A DNA stretch of 64,000 bases from Vicugna vicugna. Lineage: Eukaryota. Position numbers and translations under genes: made by a program. Under the pieces are notes generated by a model. It was not told where the DNA came from and ran no database searches. It saw only the letters and a list, made by a program, of their open reading frames with translations. The DNA is taken from positions 1,162,234-1,226,233 of the forward strand of contig MU058669.1 of the NCBI GenBank assembly GCA_013265495.1. The letters are read 5' to 3'. The first letter of the stretch is position 1, and the number at the start of each line of letters is the position of its first letter. Shown in pieces: positions 1 to 12,540 of the stretch.

Positions 1-534
1 ACTATTTTCAGACATTCAAATTAACCGTTAGTGAGTGATGATGAATTTACTAAGCAATATTATAAAACTGATTTTTCATTTTCTTCCTATCTTTGAAAGT
101 TTGTACCATTCATATCACAGGCACTACTTGATAAAGACATAATTTCAAGAAATTAAATATCCAATTTCTGATTTTTCCTGTTTCCCTCTTTTTGAAAAAT
201 CCACATTTACAGAATTATTTTGCTTCCAAACTATTGCATATGAAATTTTTAATATAAATGACCCATTGCTAGGCCAATTTCCTTGTCTGTTAACTTAGCT
301 ACTTTTGAGTTTTCCTGTTTCTTAAAACCCAGAATGTTGTTGTGGCTGTCATTTGATACGCTCAGAAGAAAAATCACAAGATTAAAAATGCCCTGAGCAG
401 AGTAAAACATGGTATACTAGAATTCCACGGGGACCTGACTCCTGGGAACCCCTACAAGGCTGCTGGGCTATGGGAACTGAGGCCCTAAGATGATAAGTGA
501 CTTGCAAAAAATCACACAGAAAATTGCTGACAAA

Positions 535-785
535 AATAATAATGATCACAAACTTTCTTGTGCACTCATAGTACTCTAGGGTCTCTTGTAAATGCTTTTC
601 AGTTGTCTACTCATGTGATCCATTTAGTCATTCTATGGAATTGTTACTATTACTAGTAGTAGATTAGAAAAAAAATGAGATGCAGAAAGGTTAAATATTT
701 TGCCCGAGGTTACAAAACTGATAAGAGAATCGGGATCTGAACTTGGGCGGAATGGTTTCCAAACCTTGTTATTACTCATTATACA
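535..785 (-). mobile_element. MIR SINE (ancient)
   Basis: Reverse-complement MIR core, e.g. aaatgagatgcagaaaggttaaatattttgcccgaggttacaaaactg; a second MIR fragment at ~465-525. Confidence 0.7.
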
Positions 786-1379
786 GTTTTGCCTTTTCTG
801 TCAGAAACATGTGTACTCATTTTGTCCATAGTCTGTAAACGCCTGCATGTATGCAGGGGAGAGGAAAGCACACACCCGTACACATATCCTACATGTACGT
901 CGTTCTCTTTTGTTTGCAAAGCTCTGTCTCTAAACAGGGAAAGGATGACTAACAGTTCCTTCTGGTAGGTTGATTATCATAATACACATTCCTGCAAATG
1001 GAAAACCATTGCCCTAGCTAATCTTAACATCCCCACATCAGTAGCTATTTTGAGAAAAAGCAATTCCCATCTGTTATAGAAGCATATTTGGTGACAGCAC
1101 ACATCTCCTTATCCCCATGCCATCCCATTGCAGTGCAATGGTGAAAACAGCATGATTTTCTTCGTTAATTCTGGAAAGCTCTCTCTAAGCCAGAACACGT
1201 GAGAGGGTTCAATGCCTTCTTAGTTGTGATGTGCAAAAGGATGTCTGTAATCTTCGCCCTCTCTCATTTTGAATTCACGTAAGTGACTGGATGGATCAGA
1301 TGTATGTAATAGTCAAACCTTTTGGCAGTATGTGCTTTTCTTAGAATATAATGGACATCTGTTGCTTTTCTGCTCAGTG

Positions 1380-1803
1380 CTTTTTTCCATTGGAGAAATG
1401 GTTCACCCTAACCAAGAGGAATCATCATTTACCTGCCTAGATGTTGAGGTGGGTTCAAGGATGGGCACATGACCAAAAGTGGTACAGTGGGGGCTTCCCA
1501 CTAGACTTCTGCATGAGCCATTGAGGAAGAGGATCCTTCCTTTCTTGAAGATCTCTAGGTATGAGAATAAAATAAGCCTGGGATTGAGGAGAGCTTTTGT
1601 GGACATGTGAAATAATTGTGTCTGAGAATTAAGCCAAAATAGAAAAAAATAGATTCAGAAAAGGGAGATGAGAGGTACAAAACCTTCAACTCTTGAGCTG
1701 AGCCACACCTGAAGCTAGGGTCTAATTTGGGGTTTTTAGTTGTGCAAGCGTAAGCAAAAGGAGAGTTTCTGTCACTTGCGACCCAAAGAACCCTAATTTA
1801 ATG
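1380..1803 (+). mobile_element. MLT1-type (ERVL-MaLR) LTR remnant
   Basis: ggatgggcacatgacc motif and typical MLT1 3' end tttctgtcacttgcgacccaaagaaccctaat. Confidence 0.7.
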
Positions 1804-1814
1804 CGTGGACTCCT

Positions 1815-2130
1815 AGAGCCTGAGAATCAGAAGGGACCTTAATGATCTAATCTCTTACCTGGTAAATAATGCCATTTATGGCCCTTCTTTCTTTGGTTAC
1901 TTAGGTTCTGTCTCTCCTTGAATTCCTCTAGTGGCAGGGGTTTGTTATTACATTTGACATTTCATTCCATGACTGGCCAGCTATAGTTTCCAGGCAGTTT
2001 ATTTTTTCTAATATCAAACAACTTGCCTTCTGAAACCTTCCCTTCACTAACCTTATTAATGTTCTCTGGAGCGTCACAGAAAAGTCAATGTGCTTCTTAA
2101 AATAATTGAAGACAGCTATCTTGGCTCATG
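1815..2130 (-). mobile_element. L3/CR1 LINE 3' fragment
   Basis: ttctctggagcgtcacagaaaagtc...aaataattgaagacagctatc resembles antisense L3 consensus. Confidence 0.55.
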
Positions 2131-2936
2131 TATTTCAAACAGTCCATCAACTTTGTTTGAAAATTAACATACTTCTCTGCTCTGTACCCTGCCCACGTCC
2201 TAGTGTGTAAATACTCTAGTTCCTTTGACCCCTGAGTCTTCCATTCAGCCATCTCAGAAGCTACCTGGGGAGGGCGAACAGGCTGTTCAGCCCATACCCT
2301 CTTTAGCTGTGCTTTTTTGTTTGTTTGTTTCTACATATTGCTTCATTTGGGGACGGGGAAGAAAAATTGGTTAGACACGGCATTTTTGTTTGGTTTCAGC
2401 CCTCTTAAACTCTTCCCTAATGTCAAAATTAATCAGAATGAAACAAAGCCCTTTGAATGAGGCTTGATTTGCTCAAAGTTCATTTATATTATCCTTGGTC
2501 ATGATGCAGGAAGCCTGGAATGGCTTTGAGCTTTGGAAAGCTGAGAATCCACTCAGATTTCCAAATCTTTGATTGCATGAACAGATACCAAGCCTGAATG
2601 TTTTTGTATTTCCAATTGAAACATGGACACTAGTGATGAAAGGGAGAAATGGATTAATCTTTGGATTTGAGGATTTTAAATACATTTTCTTGCTAACATC
2701 AAGACTCTTTATGTAAAATTAAATTATAATTTTTTCTAAAAAGTCACCCTTATAATAAACCAATTAATTCATAAATGCTTAAAGAAAATCCTTAATAAAC
2801 TGCCTCAGTGCCTCTACTTCCATTCCCTTGAGGGGATCAATGTGAACAATCTGATTTGTATTCTCCCACACTAATCTATATACTCATACATATGTACATG
2901 GATAATTTACTTTTGTGAATGTCTTTTAAAAATATG

Positions 2937-3850
2937 TTTATTCATGGATTTAGCAAGTGCTTATAGTGTGTTTATGATGCATCAGGAGCTGTTCTAAGCA
3001 TTTTGGATACAGAGTGAACAAAACCAAACGCCGGCCTTCCTGGAGCTTATAGTCTATTGGTGGAGAGAGAGATAATGTATAGTAAATTTGGGTAAATTAC
3101 ATGGTATTATTAGAAAATGACACACATTAAGGAGAAAAGTAAAGTAGGGAAGGAAGATTAGAAACATTGGGGGTTGCATTTTAGTGTAACCAGTGAGGAC
3201 TTTAGTGCCAAGAGCATCATATTCGGGGAAAGGAAAGAGTACGTATCAAATCTCTGGGGCAGGAGTGCCCTTGTTGTGTTCAAGGAACAACCAGGGACCC
3301 AGCTCTGCTGGGGTAAAGTGACCGAGGGACAGAGCATAAGGGGATAAGGACAGAGCAGTGATGGGGATCAGCTCCTGCAGGACCTTAAAAGTCTCTGTAA
3401 GGACTTTGGATTTTGCTCTGAAGGACACCAAATGGCTCTGACTTAAGGGAGAGCACACCCTGATTGGCAATTTGCAGGATCCCTCTGGCTGCTGTGCTGA
3501 GAATAGACTGAAAAAGGTGACAAGGGTCTAAGCAGGGAGCCCAGCTGGAAGGTTGTTGTAATCATCCAGGAGGAAGGTGATGGAACAGGATGGTGGAAGT
3601 GGGTGCAGCATGAAGTGATCACATTCTGGATACATTTTCAGGGTTGAGTTCCCAGATTTGCTGAGGGATCAGATCTGGGATGTGAGACAAAAGGTACAGT
3701 GAGGGATGGTACCAAGGCTTTTATCCTAAAAACTGAAAGAAGAGTCAGCATGAATTCAGATGAGCTAGGCTGCAAAATGAGCAGGGATTTCAACAGCAAG
3801 CCCGAAAGTTAAATTTTAAGGCATATTTAACTTTGATGCCAATTGGACAG
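2937..3850 (-). mobile_element. L2 (L2a-like) LINE 3' portion
   Basis: Antisense L2 tail (tgttctaagcattttggatacagagtgaacaaaac...tggagcttatagtcta) followed by typical L2 body (ggactttggattttgctctga, ccctctggctgctgtgctgagaatagactg). Confidence 0.85.
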
Positions 3851-4021
3851 TATTTTGGTAGGTGTATAACATTTCATGATGTGATTAATCTAATCCTAAC
3901 TTTGTTGCTGAAATTCAGGTTATTATCAGGTTTTACAAGTATAAACATCACTGCAATTTTTTCAAGGCCCAGTTCTTGTTGGTCAAGTGTCACCTTAAAT
4001 GTTGCCTGCTCAGCGTTCCCA

Positions 4022-4186
4022 TTTTTTTTTTTGCTTCTTTTTTTTTAATTGAAGTATAATCGATTTGTGTTAATTTCCAGTGTACAATATAGTGATTCAG
4101 TTATATATTTGTATATATTCTTTTTTGTTATAGGCTGTTACAAGGTGTTGAATGTAGTTCCCTGTGCTATACAGTAGGACCTTGCC
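4022..4186 (-). mobile_element. Severely 5'-truncated L1 3' end (cetartiodactyl-type)
   Basis: Poly(T), then aattgaagtata...tagttccctgtgctatacagtaggaccttg; same 3' UTR as copies at 7197, 53905 and 26900. Confidence 0.85.
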
Positions 4187-4209
4187 AGATATTTTTCCTT
4201 ACGTATTTA

Positions 4210-4320
4210 TCATCCATCTCTTGTCCCTTGGAATGTAAGCTTTATAAGACCAGAGCCTTTGTCTGTCTTCGTGATTGGCACAGAGTAGGTACTCCATAAA
4301 TACTTGTTGAAAGAATAAAT
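4210..4320 (+). mobile_element. L2 3' terminus
   Basis: gaatgtaagct...tggcacagagtaggtactccataaatacttgttgaaagaataaat. Confidence 0.75.
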
Positions 4321-4369
4321 ACTGTATACATATGCAGAGCTCACATACTGGCACTTTTGTTTTTATAGG

Positions 4370-4545
4370 CGAGATTCCCAAAAGTGGAATTGCTGTGTCA
4401 AATTGTATTTTTAATTATACTGATACTGCCAGATTAATTTCCTAAAAGGTTATAACAATCCATTCTCCCACCAACAGTGTAGGAAAGCAGTCATTTCCCT
4501 GCATCAATTGAAGCACTGGGTGATTTTATCCTTTGATGTTTTGCT
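4370..4545 (-). mobile_element. Old L1 (L1ME-like) fragment
   Basis: aaagtggaattgctgtgtcaaa...tcccaccaacagtgtagg, antisense ORF2 end. Confidence 0.65.
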
Positions 4546-5534
4546 TCAGCATTGCTTTCTCATTTTTAAATCTTTCTGCTTCTAATGGCTCCAGATAGCT
4601 TGAGTAATTTAAATACAGTTAATGAACTCCTATAGAAGGCAGCAACAATTTGTTTAGCTCTCTTTGAGATTATTTTAAAGACTATATTCACTTTTAACTT
4701 CTAGGGTTGTTTGATGTTGTGAGTATAGGTAATTTATCAAGGACAGATTTAACTGTTTAGTCCCTTCCTCTTTAGTGCTTGGAAACTTGAAACCACTAAG
4801 AGAATAGGGCTTTTCCCATTAAAATACCTGATGGTTTTTTTTTCTTGAAGAGATTTATGAAAAGCAGTTCTATAAATCCATATTTTAAAACGCATGCATA
4901 TTGGATCATTCTGGGAGAAGGATGTGAATAATGGTATAATTAGTGTAATAAATGTTGGATTCATGTTGAAAATAATTTATTTCTGCATAAAATCTCTGAA
5001 GCTGTAAAGCCTTCAGCTGAAACAGATTATTTACATCACCATTCAGGTAAGGTAGACACTTGATTCCCACCTCTCACCCGCCTTCCCCGTCAAATGATCC
5101 TGTCAGGATATTCATTCACACCATTCATCGGAGAGGAAGCTTTTCTTTTGTTCCTTGATTGTCATTTGCCCTTCATTGTTTGGTTTGAATCTTTTGTTTT
5201 CATCCAGCTGTCATTTATTTCTTCCCATTGTCAAAGTCCGGATCAAGTGAGAGTACGTAAATTCTGAGACTCTGTGTTGAGATGTCTCTCCTGCTCTGAA
5301 CCTGACGTCTGTGATGTTAACCAAGCACCACAGTCTTATTATTCCAGTTTTTCCAGCATAAACATACTGGATTCAGGAATGTGTGCCAGTTAGACTGGTG
5401 GACTTGTAGTGTTCAACACAGTACCCCCAAATCCCACCATCCAGCTGGAAAAATAGTGTTATGTAAAGATCTCCCTGCTGACAAATCAGGTGAGCAGCAG
5501 CATGTGTGGAGCACCTGACAACCAGACACTGTGT

Positions 5535-5848
5535 AAGGTCTGTCCCCAGTCTCTCATCCACAGTTTCAAATTCCCAACCCTCTAAAAACAGCAAGATATG
5601 TTCTGAACTTACCTGGTGGTCGACCTGATCTGAAATGGCTTGAGCTTATTTATATTTTTTTATTCCATTTAAAATAAGTAACTACACATTTTTCTGTAGA
5701 GATATTAATATGTACAATTATGAGGTATGGATCAGATTCTCCTGGAGATTATAAGTAATATAAGGTTTTCATAGCATATTACCCATCAAAATCTAAAATA
5801 ATGGAATTCTGAAACCCAGAGGTTTGGGGTAAAAGCATGTGGACCTGT
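5535..5848. mobile_element. TcMar-Tigger non-autonomous DNA transposon (MER46C-like)
   Basis: Right end ggaattctgaaacccagaggtttggggtaaaagcatgtggacctgt and degenerate left end resemble MER46C termini. Confidence 0.55.
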
Positions 5849-5849
5849 G

Positions 5850-7196
5850 GGTAAATCTATATGAATATTGACTGCATAAATAACTGCAACATCTCCTGGA
5901 TAAAAATATATAGAGACAAAGTATCCAGCAGCAGTATCATATCAGTAGTGAAGTAGGTAAATGGAGTTAAGGTGTGCTAGAGTCTTTTCATTGACAAGGA
6001 GAATAAAAGGCAAAGGTAATGTAGGGGGTAATACATAAAGAATAGAAAAAGTGTAAATTTCAAACTAACAGAGGAAAAATTAAATACAAAAAATTATTAA
6101 CAAATCTCAAAACAAGGCAAAGAAGGAGAGTAAAAGGAACATAGAACAAGCAAGGAAAATGTAAACACATAGAAACATACATTAAATTTTTTGGCTCTAA
6201 ATGCTCCATATAGAAGTAAAAAAAAAACATAGAATGAATTAAGAAAGCAGAACAAGCCAAAAAACTCATTTGGTATATTTCTCCAAAAACTCAACATTCT
6301 ATTCATAAATACAGAGAGGTTCAAATAAAAGGGAAAGACAATGTATTGCCTGCAAACACTCACCAAAGGAATGCTGGTATGGTGATATTAATAACAGAAA
6401 TAATAGACTTTAAGACAGAAAGTCTTAACAGATTTTAAAAAAAAGTTAATTTCATAATACTAAAAGGTTTAATTCATCAGGAAGACATAATAGATCTAAA
6501 TTTCTATGCACATAATAACACATTCTCAAAATACATAAAGCAGAAATAGAAATACAGGATGATAGCAAATTTATAAAACTAACAAAACAATTTTAATACA
6601 TATCTTTTAGTAACTGATGGCATAATCAAATAAAACATTAGTTAGGATCTAGAAAAATTTAATAATGTCATTAAATAAGTTGACCTAGTAGACATAAACA
6701 GAACATTAAATTCAGTAACTGCAGAATATGTATTCTTTTAAGCACATGTAGAATAGTTATTTAAAAAAGATCATATGGCAAATTTGAATAAATGTAAGTG
6801 TTTAAAATTATAGAGAGCATTTTCTGTGACCCCAACATAATTATTCTAATAATTAATAACATATATTTGGATATTAAGAAATATATTTCTAAATAGCCTT
6901 TTGGTTAAAGAAAAGATCATAACAAATATTGAAATATATTTTAGCTGAATAACAAGGGAAATACTACACATCAAAAATGGCAGGATACAGCTAAAACAGT
7001 GATTAGAGGGAAATTCATTCTTATAGTGTATATAGTAGAAGGTAAAAAAGCCTGAAAATTAATAAACTAAACATCCACATCACAAGGTTAGAAAAAAGAA
7101 TAGCAAAATAAACACAAAGAAAGCAAAGGATAACAGTAAAAAATTAATAAAAAAGATTGCAAATATGCAATAGAGAGAATCAACAAACATTGTTTC
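5850..7196 (+). mobile_element. Old L1M, inter-ORF region to ORF2 endonuclease region (degenerate), left part
   Basis: A-rich with ORF2 motifs aatagactttaagacagaaag, aattcatcaggaagacataa, ggatacagctaaaacagtgattagagggaaattc; no intact frame. Confidence 0.85.
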
Positions 7197-8542
7197 TTTT
7201 TTTTAATTGAAATACAGTTGATTTACAATGTTGGGTTAATTTCTGGTACACAGCATAATGATTCAGTTGTACATATAAATATATATATATTCCTTTTCAT
7301 ATTATTATTCATTTTTTTCCATTATAGGTTATTATAAGGTGTTGGATATAGTTCCCTGTGGTGTACAGTAGGACCTTATTGTTAATCTATTTTAGATGTA
7401 GTAGTTGGTATCTCCAAATCCCAAACTCCTAATTTATCCCTCCATCTACATCCCTTTTCCCCTCTGGTAACCATAAGTTTGTTTTCTGTATCTATGAATC
7501 TGTTTCTGTTTTGTAAATAAGTTCATTTGTGTCATTTTTTATAGATTCCACATATAAGTGATATCATATGATATTTATCTTTCTCTTACTACTTCACTTA
7601 ATATGATAATCTCTGGGTCCATCCATGTTGCTGCAAATGGCATTATTTCACTCTTCTTTCAATGGCTGAGTGATATTCCACTATATATATATGTGTGTGT
7701 ATATATATATATATACGTACACACACACACACACATATATACACATACATACACACACATACATATACATACATATACACAAAACACACATACATACCAC
7801 ATCTTCTTTATCCAGTCATTGGTTGATGGACATTTAGCTTGCTTCCATTTCTTGGCTATTGTAGTGATCCTGTTATCATTGAGGTGCATGTATGTTTTCA
7901 AATTAGAGTTTCCTCTGGATATGTGAGTTGGAGTGGAATTGCTGGATAATATGGTAAGCCTGTTTTTAGTATTTTAAGGAATCTCCATACTGTTTTCCAT
8001 AATGGCTGCACCAAACTACATTCCCACCAGCAGTGTAGGAGGGTTTCCTTTTCTCCACACCCTCTCCAGCATCTATCATTTGTGGTCTTTTTAATCATGG
8101 CCATTCTGACTGGTGTGAGGTGATACCTCATTGTAGTTTTGATTTGCATTTCTCTGATCATTGGCGATACTGAGCATTTTTTCATGTGCCTATTGGCCAT
8201 TTGGATGTCTTCATTGGAGAAATGTTTGTTTAGGTCTTCTACTCACTTTTAGATTTTGTTGTTGTTGTTGTTACTGAGTTGTATGAGTTGTTTGTATATT
8301 CTGGAAACTGAGTCCTTATCAGTCACATCATTTGCACATATTTTCTACCATTCTGTTAGTTGTCATTTGTTTTGCTTTTAGTTTCCTTTGCTGTTTGAAA
8401 GCTTATAAGTTTAATTAGGTCCCACTTTTATTTGTTGTTGTTGTTGCCTCAGTAGACCGCCCTAGGAGAACATTGATAATATTTATGTCAGAGATTGTTT
8501 TGCCTATGTTTTCTTCGAGGAGGTGTATATTGTCTTGTCTTA
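7197..8542 (-). mobile_element. Younger 5'-truncated L1 (ORF2 C-terminus + 3' UTR + polyA) nested in the old L1M
   Basis: ORF 7898-8200 ([10 protein letters not shown]...[20 protein letters not shown]...[18 protein letters not shown]) is the L1 ORF2 cysteine-rich domain; poly(T) at 7197. Confidence 0.95.
7683..7795. repeat. Compound (TA)n/(TG)n/(CA)n microsatellite inside L1
   Basis: atatatatatgtgtgtgtatatatatat...acacacacac. Confidence 0.9.
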
Positions 8543-9625
8543 AAAAGCATTTCAAAGAAACAATGTTTATAAGTTGGTAAACCACTGGTGACAATGATCC
8601 AAGAAGATAAGACACAAAAAATTAATAATCATGAATATAACACTAATTTCAATTAAGTATACAAACATATGTGTGTGTGTATATATATATATTTTTTAAT
8701 ACAAATTCTAAATTAAATACTATTAACAAATGTAATCCAGCAATATTTATAAAGATATAATACAATCATGATGAAGTTGAGTTTATCTTAGTAATGACAT
8801 ACTATTTATCCTTAAAAATCAATACAATTCATCACATTTCACAATGTAGAAGAAAAATTTTATCAGTAGATTAGGAGAAAATCTTTAATAAAATGTAACA
8901 TGCAATCAGGATAAAAATTCTTAGTAACCTAGGAACAGAGGTTACGTTCTTAATCTGCTAAACCATATTGACAAAAACCACAACAGATGTCATGCTTAAT
9001 GGTAAAATCTTGAATTTTTTTCTTTGATATTAGGAGCAATGCAAGTATTCCCAGTATTATCACTTCTATTTAACATTACACCTGATATCCTAGTCAGTCA
9101 TTAAGGCAAGAAAGAAAAGTAGAAGACACAAATTAGAAATAAATAAATAACTTCCATCGTTTAGGGATTATTTACTCACATATGTAGACAATCCAAAATA
9201 ATTTACATATAAATTATTAGAAATAATGAAAAAATTCAGAATTGCATCTAGTTCTGCTGGATACAAAAGTTGATTGTCATTCTGTTTACCAACAGTAGAC
9301 ATTGTGAAAATACAATTTTAAAAAAGACACCATTTAGAATAGTTTTGAAAAAATCAAGTACCTAGGGTCAAAGCTAACAAGAGATGTACCAAATTACCAT
9401 ATAGGTAATTGTGGAATATTATTGAGAACATTTAATGAGGAGCTAAATAAGTGGAGGGATATGCCATAAACATGATTTGGAAAACTACATCAGGAAATAT
9501 GAAATATCACCAAAATGTTTTAGACATTCAGTGGAATTCCAATCAAAATCCTAATATTTTTATGTGTGTATATATGTATACATATGCATAACTTGACAAG
9601 ATTATTGTGAAATCTAGATGGAACT
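8543..9625 (+). mobile_element. Old L1M ORF2 (RT region, degenerate), right part of the interrupted element
   Basis: Resumes ORF2-like sequence: ggagcaatgcaagtattcccagtattatcacttctatttaacatt, ggaattccaatcaaaatcc. Confidence 0.8.
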
Positions 9626-9629
9626 GAAA

Positions 9630-10020
9630 ATGAATATTATTTAGCAATAAAATGGAATGAAGTATTGACATATCTACAATCTGGATGAACCTTGAAGACT
9701 TTTGCTAAGTGAAAGGTCAGACACAGAAGACTATATATATATTGAATAATTCCATTTATGTGAAATGTTCAGAATAAGTAAATCTTCATGAAGAGAAAGA
9801 AAGTAAGTTATTTTGTTGAGGGCACAGGTATTTGTTAGGACATGGGAACTGACTGCTAATGAGTACAGGCTTTCCTTCTGGGATAAAAAAGATGTTTTAA
9901 AATGGATTATAGTGATGGTTGTACAACTCTGAAAGTATTAAAACCATTGAATTGTACATTTTAAATAAGCAAATTGCATAGTGTGTAAATTGAATTTCCA
10001 TAATGCTATTATGTTAAAAA
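9630..10020 (+). mobile_element. L1MB-like 3' UTR
   Basis: ggatgaaccttgaagac...gactgctaatgagtacagg...agtgatggttgtacaactctg...aaaaccattgaattgtacattttaa. Confidence 0.8.
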
Positions 10021-10624
10021 CCCTCAAAACTATACTGTTTAGAAATGCTTGCTTAGGTAGTAAAACTATATAGAAAATCAAGGAAGTGGATATTCTCAAA
10101 CTCAGGATAGTGGTTTCCTATGGGAGAGAGAAGAAGCTGAATTAGAAACATAGGAGGGAGAGGAGGTAGATGTTTCTGGAGTCCTGTTTTATGTCTATTT
10201 CTTTACCCAGGCTATGGTTACACGTGCCTTTATTTTACATTAGTATATTAAACTGTCCATTTATGTTTTAAATAGCTTCTATTTGTGTTATAGTTCACAG
10301 TGGAAGTGTAATAAAATATAAAATATCATATAAAGCAGTGAATGGGAAAGATGATAAGGTTGGAAATATGGTAAACCTATCAAACAATCAGAAATGAAGA
10401 CATACCTATACTAACTTCTAGGAATGAAGGGTCCCCGTGTCAACACATCAGCACTTGTGTGGAAGTTTCCTTTGACCCTTGGTTGAATTGGGGTCAAATC
10501 TTTTATCCTTTGGACATTAAGAGAAGACCATTACCTGAGGCAAAGTAGGAAGTAAACGTTTCTTTTCTTTCATGTCCTTTGAACTTTCTTATGATCCAGC
10601 AAAGTGTAAGTGTGATCTCACAGT

Positions 10625-10870
10625 GATGATGATGATGAAAGTGGCTGGCGTGCATTCTGACATACCGTAAGGCAGACAATATCCTTCATCTCATTTAGAC
10701 TTCAAAACAATTATATAAAGTAGTTGGTAGTTTTCTTCCTCATTTCTCAGTGTGAGACACAGAGAATTGGAAATTTCAAATGAGTCATGCAAGGTTACCC
10801 ATTTGGGAAATGGAAGAGCAGTGACTCAAATCTAATCTGTCCCCAGAATCTGTTTCTTAGTCTCTACCTT
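10625..10870 (-). mobile_element. MIR SINE
   Basis: Antisense MIR core (catttctcagtgtgagacacagaga...caaggttacc...gactcaaatcta); further MIR pieces at ~10965-11070 and ~11710-11825. Confidence 0.6.
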
Positions 10871-12358
10871 ACACTTGAACAACAAAATTTAGTACGACGA
10901 CATCATACCATCTCCTATTGACTTTTGTTCCTTTTCCATCACTTGAGAGGTAGAGAAGGCAGTATTAATCCTAGTCTATGAGAAAGGTGTGTCTTAGAAG
11001 TGGCAAACAGTTTTTACAAGGATATTGTCAAGACGTGACAGGTGACACTCAAATCCAGCTCTCTTGTCTATAGGATCTACAGATTTTCTTGACACGTCAG
11101 GAGGTCCCACTGGTAATTGGGTGCCCAGGAGGCACATTTCTGTTCCTTTTTTTTTTTTTCTTTCACTGTGGTATTATTGAGGAGAAATCCAACTCACACA
11201 TGCATTTCTTCCTGAGTCACTTGAGAATGCTTTGAATAGCTTGAATTGTTTAGCCACGGCTTGTTCTAAGCTGAACTTCCTGCACTGCAAATCCGATTTC
11301 TGCTCTGCTTCTTTAAGGTGGCTCTTCCTCCCTCGCCTCCTGAGCGTTTGCAGAAAGAGCACAGCATGGACCACATCCTCTGGAGGTATTTGCTCCCGGT
11401 AGTCTCTTCTGCCCTCCCATCAGAATGCTGGGCCCTCATTAACACCTCCTACAGGAGCGCATTCATTTCTTCCCCTGGAACCACAGGGAACTCAGCAATC
11501 CCTGTAGCTCCTCTCCAGCCAGATAATAGACTGCATTAACAGTTGTTTCTTTGGCAGCTTGACATAATTAGAGACATTTGCATCTCCTGATTGTTCACTC
11601 TCCTCAAGAACAATGTGAGTTAATGACAGCATAGGGTCCTGCTTTTTTCTGCTTTCCTTCACAGGATGAAAGGACTGAAAAGGGACCTGTTTTTCAGAGC
11701 TGTTTCCTCTTTCCACAGTTGAGGAAATTAGGGGCTCAGAAGGGAAATGTCCTACTTTAAGTGAGTTAGTGACTGAGAAAGGATTAGAAACCGGATTTCT
11801 GACTCTTAGATCTGTATTCTTTCTGCAATTCAATGTTGCATGAATTTTTATTACAAGATCAATTACATCTTGGTGCTTGTGTTATTTAGACAGTAGGGGT
11901 AGCAGTTACAAAAGGAGCATGATTGTAGGAATGTCTGTAGATTTTAAGAATGTGTCTTAATTCAGGAATATCTCATTGTGCAAACTCAAAGAAGCAGAAA
12001 ATGCTAATGATAAAAATACAATTTCAAGAAGACAGAATTGAAATAAGAATGGGTTGGGAGGAGTGGCACTCAGGATTATGATATAAGAATATGGCTAATA
12101 CATTTCAAACCTTGATCATGGGACTGTTATTTGTAATTGTGACAAACAGTATCCATTGGGGCAAGGATGCTCCTCAAGATAAATCTTTTACAGCAAACGT
12201 GAAAAAACCCGGTTGTGTGGGTTCACCTAGGTAGTCTCATTTGTTGGTGAGGGAATATCACCATGAAATGAGAAGGCGTAGGTTTTATTCTGACCCCAAA
12301 AGTGGCTAGCAGAGATGTTTCATCTCATTGATTAAATGAGAAAAATGGACTAGATCTG

Positions 12359-12540
12359 CAGTTTCTCTAATTTTATTGTACTTAAGAATCACCTAGGGGA
12401 CTTAATAAAATGCAGATTCCAGGGGCCCTTTTCCAGAGTTTCTGATTCATTGATTTGGGGTAGGGCTGTAGAGTTTGCATTGTATCAAACTCCTAAGCAG
12501 CTTCTAATGTAGGTGCTTCTAGGACCATACCTGAAAAAAT
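12359..12540. mobile_element. MER5A-like hAT-Charlie MITE
   Basis: agaatcacctaggggacttaataaaatgcagattccagggg...tttctgattca...tttgcatt. Confidence 0.8.

Noticed and set aside
10471..10498. Hairpin tttgaccc-N12-gggtcaaa as a miRNA or structured RNA
   Set aside because: An 8-9 bp stem is far too short for a pre-miRNA and is expected by chance in 64 kb.
10623..10660. C/D-box snoRNA (gtgatga...ctga)
   Set aside because: Boxes only ~35 nt apart and embedded in a (GAT)n MIR tail.
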